Origin: Bdellovibrionota bacterium
GTDB taxonomy: Bacteria; Bdellovibrionota_C; UBA2361
Length of the DNA: 21,956 nt
Assembly (NCBI GenBank): GCA_044352465.1
Contig: JBILDU010000047.1
Location: 1-21,956, forward strand
Direction of reading: 5' to 3'
The position numbers and the translations under genes were made by a program. This document shows positions 1 to 8,275 of this stretch, piece by piece (the stretch's first letter is position 1; each line of letters starts with the position of its first letter). The notes beneath the pieces are model-generated. The model was not told where the DNA came from. It saw nothing but the letters and a program-made list of their open reading frames with translations, and did no database searches.

Positions 1-2039
1 GGGGCCTCCTCGTAATTCGAAGCGGCTGGTGAATCGGGCATTCTTTCCGAAAGAAGCGACTGTGGAGCTGTGGTGCTCTGGTACGGCGCGCGGGGAGAGA
101 GAGACACCATCCCATCTGCATCGACATCGGTGGCGAAGTCACGCTCCGGCAAAGGAGCGGCGCTCATTGATGGCTCATCATTGGGGAATGGAGCCCGATT
201 CGGCCGAACCGGTAGGGGCTCTATCTCTTGTCGAGCGATACGGCGGAAGGGGCGTGGCGCGAATGATGCGGGCGTACCGCTCGCCCGAATGAATGTCAGC
301 GTAATCGTTATTCGCCGACTTTCGCCCGGAAGATCCACGACCCGCAGATCACCACCGAGCGTTTTAATCACTCGCTCTGCAAGGGTGAGCGACAGTTGCT
401 GCCCGATGGTGCTCGCGGTTGCGCCACTGGGAGCGGTGCATTCGAATGCAAGGGTCACCTCCCGAGTGGTCGCACTCAAGACGAGCGCACTAAAACTAAC
501 TGCGCTACCTGGTGTCGTCGCTTCAAGAATGTAATCCAGCGTCTGGGTAACAGCTCCTCCAAACCGGGCACCATCGGTGAGGACGAGCTCCGGAATCTGC
601 GGGTCGGAGGAAGTTTTAAAGGTGACATTACGTTGCGCTGCCTTGAACTCGTATACCGCACCGTTACGGGAGAGCCAGGCCCGGAGGGGGAAATTCTCGC
701 GTTGGAGGGCGCCTCCTCCAGACTCCGTAAGCCAATACTCATGGATGTATTCAAGCGAGAGCAGAAGATCATCGGCCGCGGTTCGAGCAGCGGCAGTCGC
801 GAGGCACAGTGAGCTTTCGGGCGTGAGATCGGGAAGATTGTAAAAGAGACGGAGCAGGCGGTTCAGTCGGGCGGCTACCTCGGTGATAACATGCTCAAGT
901 ATCTCTGTCGTCGAGTGAATGAGCTGCTGGCTCCGGTCGCGTGCTTCCGTGGCGAGCCGCTCTGCCTCCCGACGGACGGCCTCGCGATCTTGGCTTAAAG
1001 CAAGGTTATCGTTTTGCGCCGTCTGCATGGTCAAAGTGAGTTCGCTTTCGCGTCGGTGGGCCTCATCAAGAAGGGCGTGTGTTCGAGTAAGCTCGGCTTG
1101 AGAGCTCGTCAGTTGCGCGGCGATCCCATCGTGCAGTCGTCGAACCTCCTTAAACTCTCGAGCGGCGGTCTGGGCAAACTGCGACGCTTCCGCAGCTTCT
1201 CGTTCGAGAGCCGCGATGTGGGTGCGCGCCTCGGTCAATTCACTGAGCGTCGCCGTGGACGAGCGCTTATGCTCGGCAAGTTCGGCTCGCAGGGTCGTGA
1301 GCTCCTGTGCGGCTCCCGCGGCAGCGTTGCGCTCTTCGGTCGCACGGGCAAGGGTGTCTTGATGCTGCGTGATCTGCTGACGCAATGCCCCGAGTTCTTC
1401 TTCGGCCTCCTGGATTCGGCGCTTCAGGGTGAGATTCTCCGCTTTGAATGTGGCGAGAGCGCTCCTTTCCCCGGGCGTTGGGCGAGTGTTGCTGCGGAGC
1501 GCGGCGATTGTTTCCTCGAGGGTGGCGATTTTTCTGCGCGACTCCTCTTGGAGTGATTCGAGGAGTAAGTCTTTGGCGCGTTGTATTTGAGCGATCTCCT
1601 CTTTGAGTGCCCCGAGCTGCTCCTCAGAGCGACGGCGGGTATCGTTAAGTTCCGCCTTTAAGAGACCGAGCTCGCCTTCCTGCGGGGAGCGTTTTTCGAG
1701 CTGGGGAATAAGCGCCACGATCCAGTGGTCGGTCAGCGCGCTAATTCCACGAGCAGGAGTGAGCTCAACGTTGACCGTGAGAAGCGCGCCTAATGATGAG
1801 CGGATAGTTGTCTCGAAGCGGCCGTGCTCCTTCGTTGCGACGATCCGCTCCCACGCTTCGAGTGCCGCACGGTGGGCTTCCGGAGAAAAAATTTGGAATA
1901 TGAACTGACCAATGAGCGCCGGTGCGGGGGGAGGGCCGAACCAAGTCTGCAGGTCGGGGCTAATTACTCGGCATACGCCGTCGGCATCAGTTTGAATGAG
2001 GCCGAAATTGAAAGTATGGGCTGTGGTGCCGTTTTCCAT
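1..2039 (-). CDS. PAS-like domain + long coiled coil + degenerate HisKA/HATPase (pseudo-histidine kinase-like); 3' end runs off the window
   Basis: Translated by hand from the ATG at 2039 (AGGGA upstream): MENGTTAHTFNFGLIQTDADGVCRVISPDLQTWFG...ALIGQFIFQIFSPEAHRAALEAWERIVATKEHGRFETTIRSSLGALLTVNVELTP (PAS-like), then an E/A/L/R/Q-rich helical stretch, then LEHVITEVAARLNRLL, ENFPLRAWL...DPQIPELVLTDGARFGGAVTQTLDYILEATTPGSAVSF and LSLTLAERVIKTLGGDLRVVDLPGESRRITITLTF, which parallel HisKA/HATPase_c. It is absent from the ORF track, consistent with no stop before the edge. Confidence 0.8.
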   Translation of the reverse strand, partial: MENGTTAHTFNFGLIQTDADGVCRVISPDLQTWFGPPPAPALIGQFIFQIFSPEAHRAALEAWERIVATKEHGRFETTIRSSLGALLTVNVELTPARGISALTDHWIVALIPQLEKRSPQEGELGLLKAELNDTRRRSEEQLGALKEEIAQIQRAKDLLLESLQEESRRKIATLEETIAALRSNTRPTPGERSALATFKAENLTLKRRIQEAEEELGALRQQITQHQDTLARATEERNAAAGAAQELTTLRAELAEHKRSSTATLSELTEARTHIAALEREAAEASQFAQTAAREFKEVRRLHDGIAAQLTSSQAELTRTHALLDEAHRRESELTLTMQTAQNDNLALSQDREAVRREAERLATEARDRSQQLIHSTTEILEHVITEVAARLNRLLRLFYNLPDLTPESSLCLATAAARTAADDLLLSLEYIHEYWLTESGGGALQRENFPLRAWLSRNGAVYEFKAAQRNVTFKTSSDPQIPELVLTDGARFGGAVTQTLDYILEATTPGSAVSFSALVLSATTREVTLAFECTAPSGATASTIGQQLSLTLAERVIKTLGGDLRVVDLPGESRRITITLTFIRASGTPASFAPRPFRRIARQEIEPLPVRPNRAPFPNDEPSMSAAPLPERDFATDVDADGMVSLSPRAPYQSTTAPQSLLSERMPDSPAASNYEEA

Positions 2040-2410
2040 TTTTCCCTGCGATTTAAGATGATCGAAAGTCGGGGAATTTTCCCCATCTTGAGTCCGCGGG
2101 CGAAGTTTTAACGGTGTTTGATGCGCGCGCGTTCTTCACCGTCGGTGAGCACGGCGTCGGAGAGGTCGGTTGAGAATTCGGGGAGGGCCCTCCGAAGGCA
2201 TTGTGAGGCGAAGGCCTCGATAAGGGCTGAGACAGTCTAGGTGTTTGATAATAATGAAGATTAAGGGTGCGTTTTGATTTCCTCAATCGTGTTCGTGCCC
2301 TAAAATAGTTCCGCAGATCTCCGGCTGTGTTAGAGCTTGATGAGGTTCTCCGCGCCCAACCTGTATATTTCGTGAAGCTGGTCTCGCCTGCCGTGGAAAA
2401 TATAGAGCCG

Positions 2411-2691
2411 GCGCAAACGCTCGGGATTACCGGTGCTTTCTCGCATCGGCGCAGCCTCTGTGGCGGGAGCGATAAGCGCTTTACTGAGCGTGCATTAGCT
2501 CACTTTACCGTTGTGGTGAGGTGAGCTAACGCACGCCTTGTCGGCGCTGAATCTCGGTTATTTTTCAACTTTGAGTGTGGTAGTTCGGATCTCGAAGACC
2601 GTCGTTCGTAGCTTATCCAATCGGATTCGCTTCGAACGGCGGTCTTGAAGACGTTCTTCAGGATGCTCGTTTTTTCCTGTTCTGAAGGAGG
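2411..2691 (+). ncRNA. Candidate structured 5' leader / ncRNA with several strong hairpins, upstream of the 174-aa ORF
   Basis: Nested junction 2411-2479; ~22-bp stem 2488-2536; ~18-bp stem 2595-2646; alternative stems 2643-2663 and 2656-2663/2680-2687, the last touching the SD. Most imperfect pairs are G-U on the + strand. Confidence 0.45.
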
Positions 2692-2696
2692 TTTCG

Positions 2697-3221
2697 ATGA
2701 TTTTTCTGCGAATCGGCAACGGGCAGAGCCTTCTCTCCCTGCCACGGCCGCACACCATCTACCAGACGTCCCGGCAGGGGCCGTGGTTGATCCGGCGGTG
2801 GGGATCGAAGACGGAGCACGTCGTAGTCGGTGGTATTACCACCGAAGCGATGCCCCGCTCCGAGTACGAAGTCAGTGGGCTCATGCTGCCGGTCGGAAGC
2901 ATCGGTTTCATCGTGAGCTGGCATCACGAGACGAACCGGGCCGATGAGTTCTTGGTGTTTTCGACCATCAAGGGATCGAGCTTTCGCTATCGCGAGCTCG
3001 CTATCTCGATGAATCGGGAAGCCATCACGGTGGAGGGATTCGATCAGGTATGGCGCTTGGACGTGCGGTACGATTCGGTTGATCAAGCTCGGATCGCGCA
3101 CGTCGAGGTTCCGCTTGAGTTGTCTCTGCGAATCCCTTCCCTGGACCATCTGAGAGAGGAGCTGCGCCGTCGCTGGTGTGGTGACGGTCGCAGTGAACGT
3201 GAGTCAGGGGGGCGCTGGTAA
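2697..3221 (+). CDS. Hypothetical protein (174 aa, probably beta-rich, cytoplasmic)
   Basis: Strong SD AAGGAGG at 2685-2691, 5 nt before the ATG; a hairpin spans the stop codon; no family recognised. Confidence 0.7.
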   Translation: MIFLRIGNGQSLLSLPRPHTIYQTSRQGPWLIRRWGSKTEHVVVGGITTEAMPRSEYEVSGLMLPVGSIGFIVSWHHETNRADEFLVFSTIKGSSFRYRELAISMNREAITVEGFDQVWRLDVRYDSVDQARIAHVEVPLELSLRIPSLDHLREELRRRWCGDGRSERESGGRW

Positions 3222-3258
3222 CCAAATTACCAGCCCTCCCCGACTCCGTTTCGTTCTT
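3201..3258 (+). terminator. Terminator-like hairpin over the stop of the 174-aa gene
   Basis: GCTGGTAA(3214-3221)/TTACCAGC(3227-3234), extended by G-run/C-run and GAGTC/GACTC pairs; followed by pyrimidine-rich CGTTTCGTTCTT (weak U-tract). Confidence 0.5.
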
Positions 3259-3396
3259 CAGAGATTCGAGACTTTTTAGTGTTTTGTTCTTTGTCGGCGG
3301 CGTGCGTTTCCCATCTTGGCGTGTCTCTGAGCAGCTGTTCCTTGCTCGGTATTCTTGATTATACTTTGGGGAGCTGCAGATTTATGAGGCCCGAGG

Positions 3397-4794
3397 ATGG
3401 CGCAATCAAGGAAAACTCTATTCGTGGTAATGATGGGGGTCGCCGTAGCGCTTGGGGTCGCGGCCGCCTATGAATCGTGGCGCTCCGTCGCAGCGACGGC
3501 GCCGGTAGGGCCGGTTCGTGAGCGAACGCCGCCGACCGAATCCGTCTCTACCCCTCAAAACGAGGGGGGAATACCCCCTCCCCGCGAGGTGTTGAGAGCT
3601 GATATTCCAGCGCCCCGCAATCCTGCCGCAGTGGAAGACGGGGAGGGGACCCCGTATCCCGAACCGCGCAGCACCGCCATTATTGGAAGCGTCGGCCCAA
3701 GCCTTGAGGGCCTTCCGGCGAGCCCGACCCCCGACACAACGGAAAGCCCTCTACCGGGGGTGGCGGCGCTCCAAGAGCTCGGGCGTATCGGCCAAGAGAG
3801 CGGCTCAACGCTTTTGGGGGGGGCTGTCTCGCGGTCACCCCGGAGTCGAGGGGGGGGCGGTGCTGAGCCGACCCCGACTCCTGATGCGGTCGAACTCCTT
3901 GAGCCGGTGGGAGGACAGGCGCGAGGTTTTAAGATGCTTCCGTTGATGCATCCACGCGCTCGACCGATGGTTGAGGCCCAGATTGAGACATTAATCCGTT
4001 CGCAGATTCAGCAGATCTACCTCGGCGTTCTTGTTGATGGCACATTTTCGATCGATTTGGATTACCTCCTTGATGTGATTCGACGTTTGAATGTGGGCGC
4101 TCGCGAACTAACGTTAGTGCTGCATTTCTCGAGTGGACCAACGATGCGTGATTACGATACCACGCCGATCGTGACCGCGTTCAGCCGGATCAATCCTTTC
4201 GACTTTCGAGATATGATTCAGAATGATCCGCGCACCAAATTCCGCTTTGAATCGATCGTTCGGCGGATGGTCCCCGCTCTGAAGCTCAATCGGTCGCTCA
4301 AGCCAAGCAATCGGTCCATCGCGGTGGTCATGCTCGAAGACAAGTTGGAGGCATCGTCGTACCGAGCGATGCGAGACCTTGCGAGGGGGGTGCTGGGGAC
4401 TGAGCTCGAACTTATGCGCAATCCGTGCGTCGGATGTTGGGAGGGCAACGATGGCGATTCGCAAGGCGATGCGGTGGAGCTCCATGCACCGACCTCGCCC
4501 GCATCGCTCGGGCGACGCGATGGGTATACCATGGATGGCGCGGGGTATATTTTCCCGGGTGAGCAGCGGCTGCCGCGGGAATACTCGATTGAGGAGACCT
4601 TTGCTCTGATCGATGCGACGATGGCCCGCGGGGTCGGGTATTTTGGCCTCTGGCGGGCGCGACGGCAGGGGATTATCGGGGGGGAGTTGGTGCACCCGGA
4701 TCGGCGTACCTACGAGGTCCCGACCCTCGAGCAAAGCGAGGTCGAGATTCAGCTCCTGAGGCACGGGCTGATTCCGCGAAATATCGTTGAATAG
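3397..4794 (+). CDS. Hypothetical membrane-anchored/exported protein: N-terminal TM, Pro-rich linker, alpha/beta C-terminal domain
   Basis: 465-aa ORF; hydrophobic TLFVVMMGVAVALGVAAAY; ~140-aa P/E/S/T/G-rich linker ending EPTPTP; globular ~290-aa domain with an NPCVGC motif. Confidence 0.8.
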   Translation: MAQSRKTLFVVMMGVAVALGVAAAYESWRSVAATAPVGPVRERTPPTESVSTPQNEGGIPPPREVLRADIPAPRNPAAVEDGEGTPYPEPRSTAIIGSVGPSLEGLPASPTPDTTESPLPGVAALQELGRIGQESGSTLLGGAVSRSPRSRGGGGAEPTPTPDAVELLEPVGGQARGFKMLPLMHPRARPMVEAQIETLIRSQIQQIYLGVLVDGTFSIDLDYLLDVIRRLNVGARELTLVLHFSSGPTMRDYDTTPIVTAFSRINPFDFRDMIQNDPRTKFRFESIVRRMVPALKLNRSLKPSNRSIAVVMLEDKLEASSYRAMRDLARGVLGTELELMRNPCVGCWEGNDGDSQGDAVELHAPTSPASLGRRDGYTMDGAGYIFPGEQRLPREYSIEETFALIDATMARGVGYFGLWRARRQGIIGGELVHPDRRTYEVPTLEQSEVEIQLLRHGLIPRNIVE

Positions 4795-4905
4795 ACGGTC
4801 GCTTTCCCGAAACGCCGTAATGAATTCGACCGGATCCGGGGTGGGGTGCATTCTGAGCGAAAGTCAGCTATGCTCTCGGCCCCTTTTGTTTATTGTGTTG
4901 TATTC

Positions 4906-6711
4906 ATGAAGCAGCTCGCTCGTAACGATTCCATTCGCAATATCGCCATCATCGCTCACGTCGATCACGGGAAGACCACTCTGGTCGACAATATGTTCAA
5001 GCAAGCCGGCGTCTTTCGAGAAGGCGAGGAGGTGAGTGAGCGGGTCATGGATAGCATGGACCTCGAGCGTGAGCGCGGTATTACCATCGCGGCGAAGAAT
5101 TGCGCGGTGCGATGGGGCAATACAAAAATTAACATCGTCGATACGCCGGGCCACGCTGACTTCGGTGGCGAGGTCGAGCGCGCTCTTATGATGGTTGATG
5201 GGGCGATTTTGCTGGTCGACTCCTCAGAGGGACCTCTGCCGCAGACCCGCTTCGTACTCAAGAAAGCGCTCGCCGCGGGGCTTAAAATCATCGTGTGTGT
5301 CAATAAGATCGACCGTAAGGATGCTCGGCCCAAAGAGGTGCTGAACGAGATCTACGAGCTTTTTCTTGATCTCGATGCGAACGACCAGCAGATCGATTTT
5401 CCGGTTCTTTATGCGATCGGCCGGGATGGTACCGCGCAGCGCTCGCTCGAGGAGACTGGCACCGATCTTAAGCCGCTTTTCGAGACGATCCTCTCGGAGA
5501 TCCCCGGACCGGCTTATGATGCGGCCGAGCCGTTTCAGATGATGGTGTCGAACCTCGCCTATTCTGAGTATCTCGGCCGACTTGCTGTCGGGCGAGTTTC
5601 GGCGGGCCAGGTTCGGGCGAAAGATAGCGTTGCGCGGGTCGATCGTGATGGCAACGTGGTTCCCATTCGTATTGTGAAGTTGCAAGCGTACGAAGGGGTG
5701 CGGTTAACGGATCTTGAGGTGGCGACCCCAGGAGATATCGTCCTGCTCGCGGGTGTTGAGGATGTTGAGATCGGCGACACGGTATGTACGCGCGAGAATC
5801 CGCGGACCTTGAAGCGCGTTTCCGTCGACGAACCTACCATCAGCATGCGTTTCTTCGGTAATAACTCACCTCTTTCCGGTCAGGACGGTAAGTACGTTCT
5901 CACGAGTAAGGTCGGTGAGCGGTTGATGCGGGAAACCCTGAATAACGTAGCCCTCCGGGTTGAGAAGTCACCGGACGACGATAGCTTTATCGTCAAAGGA
6001 CGGGGCGAGTTTCAGATGGTCATTATCATCGAGACGATGCGTCGTGAGGGGTATGAGATGTGTGTGGGCCGCCCCGAGATCATCTTTAAAGAGAAAGATG
6101 GGCAGAAGCTTGAGCCGATCGAACATCTTTTCATCGATTGCGACGAGCGGTTTACGGGTATCGTCACCGAGAAGCTGAGCCAGCGCAAAGGTCGGATGGT
6201 GAATCTGGTCAATCACGGTTCGGGGCGGGTGCGCATCGAGTTTTCGATCCCGTCGCGGGGCCTTATCGGTTACCGTAATGAGTTTCTCACCGACACCAAG
6301 GGGACGGGTATCATGAACTCGTACCTTGAGGGGTATGATGAGTATCGGGGCGATTTCCCTTCGCGCTTAACGGGCTCGCTTGTCAGCGACCGCGCCGGCG
6401 AGACCGTGGCGTACGGCCTTTTTGGGTTGGAGCCGCGAGGTTCGTTGTTTGTGGTGCCCGGTATGCAGGTGTACGAGGGGATGATCGTGGGTGAACATAA
6501 CCGCGATAACGATCTCAATGTGAATGCCTGTCGGGCAAAGAAGCTGACCAATATTCGGGCGGCGGGAAAAGATGAGAACGTCGTCCTGACGCCGGTCATG
6601 CAGATGACCCTTGAGCGCGCGATCGAGTTTATCCGTGAAGATGAGCTCGTGGAAGTGACACCGAAGATCGTGCGCCTCCGTAAAAAGATTCTGGCACAAA
6701 ATCAGCGGTAG
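4906..6711 (+). CDS. typA: Translational GTPase TypA/BipA
   Basis: IRNIAIIAHVDHGKTTLVD, LERERGITI, DTPGHADFGGEVER, NKID, GRGEFQM..IETMRREGYE, VYEGMIVGE, KKLTNIRA, DELVEVTP..RLRK. Start moved from the track's 4846 to the ATG at 4906 to match the family N-terminus. Confidence 0.97.
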   Translation: MKQLARNDSIRNIAIIAHVDHGKTTLVDNMFKQAGVFREGEEVSERVMDSMDLERERGITIAAKNCAVRWGNTKINIVDTPGHADFGGEVERALMMVDGAILLVDSSEGPLPQTRFVLKKALAAGLKIIVCVNKIDRKDARPKEVLNEIYELFLDLDANDQQIDFPVLYAIGRDGTAQRSLEETGTDLKPLFETILSEIPGPAYDAAEPFQMMVSNLAYSEYLGRLAVGRVSAGQVRAKDSVARVDRDGNVVPIRIVKLQAYEGVRLTDLEVATPGDIVLLAGVEDVEIGDTVCTRENPRTLKRVSVDEPTISMRFFGNNSPLSGQDGKYVLTSKVGERLMRETLNNVALRVEKSPDDDSFIVKGRGEFQMVIIIETMRREGYEMCVGRPEIIFKEKDGQKLEPIEHLFIDCDERFTGIVTEKLSQRKGRMVNLVNHGSGRVRIEFSIPSRGLIGYRNEFLTDTKGTGIMNSYLEGYDEYRGDFPSRLTGSLVSDRAGETVAYGLFGLEPRGSLFVVPGMQVYEGMIVGEHNRDNDLNVNACRAKKLTNIRAAGKDENVVLTPVMQMTLERAIEFIREDELVEVTPKIVRLRKKILAQNQR

Positions 6712-8141
6712 GCTGGTGCCGTAGTCTTTTTGAGGATGAAGAAGAGCCGCCCCGGTTGTTTCATGAAGCCGGCGGTGGCTTCCGCTTCCTCACCGAAGCC
6801 CGTAAAGAGGTCTACTCTCCCGGGGCCGATAATCGCGCCACCGGTATCCTGATTGAGGACAAATCGTCCGAATTTTTCCCAACGTGAGACGTTGCCGTTA
6901 CCGTCGAAGATCGGCTTCTCGGTCTCGATAAAGGCGAGGGCGCCGTGGGGAAAGATATTCGCGTCGGTCGCAATTGAGCGGTTTCCAGTTACTACCGTGC
7001 CGAGGCTCCCTAAAGGGCCGCGTTCACGGAGGTCGAAAAATACGTAGCTGGGATTGTACGAGAGTATCTCCTGAATCTGCTCCGGGTTTCCGCGGAGATA
7101 CGCTTTTATCGATTGCGCCGACACTTCCTTCGGGGGAAGGATCTGACGCTCAATGAGGGCATTGCCGATAGCTCGATACGGCTGCCCATTCTTTTCCGCG
7201 TAGCCGACCCGTTGCGTTGTTCCATCGGGCAGGGTGACGACGCCGGAGCCTTGAATATGGAGAAAAAAGGCGTCGATCGGGTCATCGACCCAGATAGCCT
7301 CGAGTCCTCGTCCAGCGAGAGCCCCGGCGTAATCGATCTCAGCGCGGCTGTAGTAGGGTACGACCCGATTTTCCGGTGTCAGGCGCGCCCGCAACGTTTT
7401 AGGGAACTTTACTCCAGCGACGTCGAGCCAGGACCAGGCGGAGAGATCGACGACGAGAAGATCGCTCGGTTTACGGTAGAGGGGGTAGAGGTACGGGGAG
7501 GTGCGCGTTCGTGATCCCCGCAGTTTCGCTTCGTAATATCCGGTAAAAAGCACTTGAGGGGCGGTGGACGACAAAAAAATGAAGTTATCTGTCACATACC
7601 GATAGAGCTCGGGGGTCATCCCGAGCCGAATGACCGCAGCGCGGAACTCCTCGAGCGTGGTGACGAGATCCGCCACCGTTGCTGAAACCGAGGCAAAAGG
7701 GAGCGTTCGACTGCTGTCTTGCCGAGCAGCCCAACGGAGACTTTCATCGATCGCCGCGATGAGCGATTCAGAGGAGATATCGTCGGTGAGGTTTGGCGGG
7801 GCGGTCAGCGTCAGCGCCGGAGGGACGGGGAACAGAGTCGAGGGGGTGCGGGACGACAGAAGGGTAGTGATAACGCTGAGTATCGCTCCGATAATGACGA
7901 TCCAGAGGATCCGCCGCTTCAGACGCGGGGGCAGGGTGCCGGATCGAGTGGTCCCACCTCCATCGGTCGTGATTGGCGTCGGTGAAGTGGGTAAGGGGGT
8001 GGTCAAAGTTCCTATCCTCTGGTGCTGACTTCGTATCAGTGGACCCCGTTTGACCGACTTCGACGAGCGTGCAGCCGTGACTGACCCGACGAGGTACTTC
8101 GGCCTCACGCACGCCAAAAGCCACCGTCGAGTCGAACTCAC
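6702..8141 (-). CDS. mltA: MltA-family lytic murein transglycosylase (MltA + 3D domains) with an N-terminal TM anchor; start uncertain (GTG 8141 or TTG 8006)
   Basis: FTGYYE, YPLY..P, DAFFLHIQGSG, YAEKNGQPYRAIG, NPSYVFF, SIATD, QDTGGAIIGPGRVDLFTG. TM segment ILWIVIIGAILSVITTLL; AGAGGA lies upstream of TTG 8006. Confidence 0.93.
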   Translation of the reverse strand: MSSTRRWLLACVRPKYLVGSVTAARSSKSVKRGPLIRSQHQRIGTLTTPLPTSPTPITTDGGGTTRSGTLPPRLKRRILWIVIIGAILSVITTLLSSRTPSTLFPVPPALTLTAPPNLTDDISSESLIAAIDESLRWAARQDSSRTLPFASVSATVADLVTTLEEFRAAVIRLGMTPELYRYVTDNFIFLSSTAPQVLFTGYYEAKLRGSRTRTSPYLYPLYRKPSDLLVVDLSAWSWLDVAGVKFPKTLRARLTPENRVVPYYSRAEIDYAGALAGRGLEAIWVDDPIDAFFLHIQGSGVVTLPDGTTQRVGYAEKNGQPYRAIGNALIERQILPPKEVSAQSIKAYLRGNPEQIQEILSYNPSYVFFDLRERGPLGSLGTVVTGNRSIATDANIFPHGALAFIETEKPIFDGNGNVSRWEKFGRFVLNQDTGGAIIGPGRVDLFTGFGEEAEATAGFMKQPGRLFFILKKTTAPAYR

Positions 8142-8158
8142 GACCGGGGCGTGTCCAT
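8138..8158 (-). other. Short upstream ORF MDTPRS*, whose stop overlaps the mltA GTG (GTGA)
   Basis: Minus strand reads GAGGAG-9 nt-ATG GAC ACG CCC CGG TCG TGA; an extended -10 TGnTAGAGT sits at 8202-8194. Confidence 0.4.
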
Positions 8159-8239
8159 ATGAAACGGCTCCTCAGTTTAAATCACCCCTGACGACTCTAT
8201 CAACCCACCTTGCAGCGCTCCTCGGTCGCGGAGCCTCTT

Positions 8240-8268
8240 TTGACTCCCTCCAAAGGGGTCGTTACTAT
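8240..8268 (+). promoter_or_regulatory. Sigma70-type promoter for rlmI, probably giving a leaderless mRNA
   Basis: TTGACT (8240-8245), 17-nt spacer, TACTAT (8263-8268); only 7 nt separate the -10 from the ATG at 8276. Confidence 0.65.
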
Positions 8269-8275
8269 CGGAGCG

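Noticed and set aside
29..2111. Several + strand ORFs (70..534, 396..812, 1014..1556, 1603..1908 and others)
   Set aside because: Antisense shadows of the long minus-strand PAS/pseudo-kinase gene; no motifs of their own.
2423..2470. Cobalamin riboswitch (GGGA..CCGGTG..CTGT)
   Set aside because: No B12 box (AGYCAG.AGACC.GCC) downstream and no B12-related gene.
2327..2524. 65-aa + strand ORF
   Set aside because: No SD or recognisable motif, and it runs through the hairpin region, which RNA/DNA structure explains better.
4846..4905. N-terminal extensions of typA (4846) and rlmI (8210) given by the ORF track
   Set aside because: They precede the conserved family starts and overlap promoter-like sequences; downstream ATGs are preferred.
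8030..8190. 6S RNA or SRP RNA (minus strand GAGCCGTTTCATA resembles the 6S bubble; rod-like fold)
   Set aside because: No complementary GGTTC/GGCTC closing stem as in 6S, and no SRP CAGG..GGAA..AGCAG loop; kept only as an unidentified leader.
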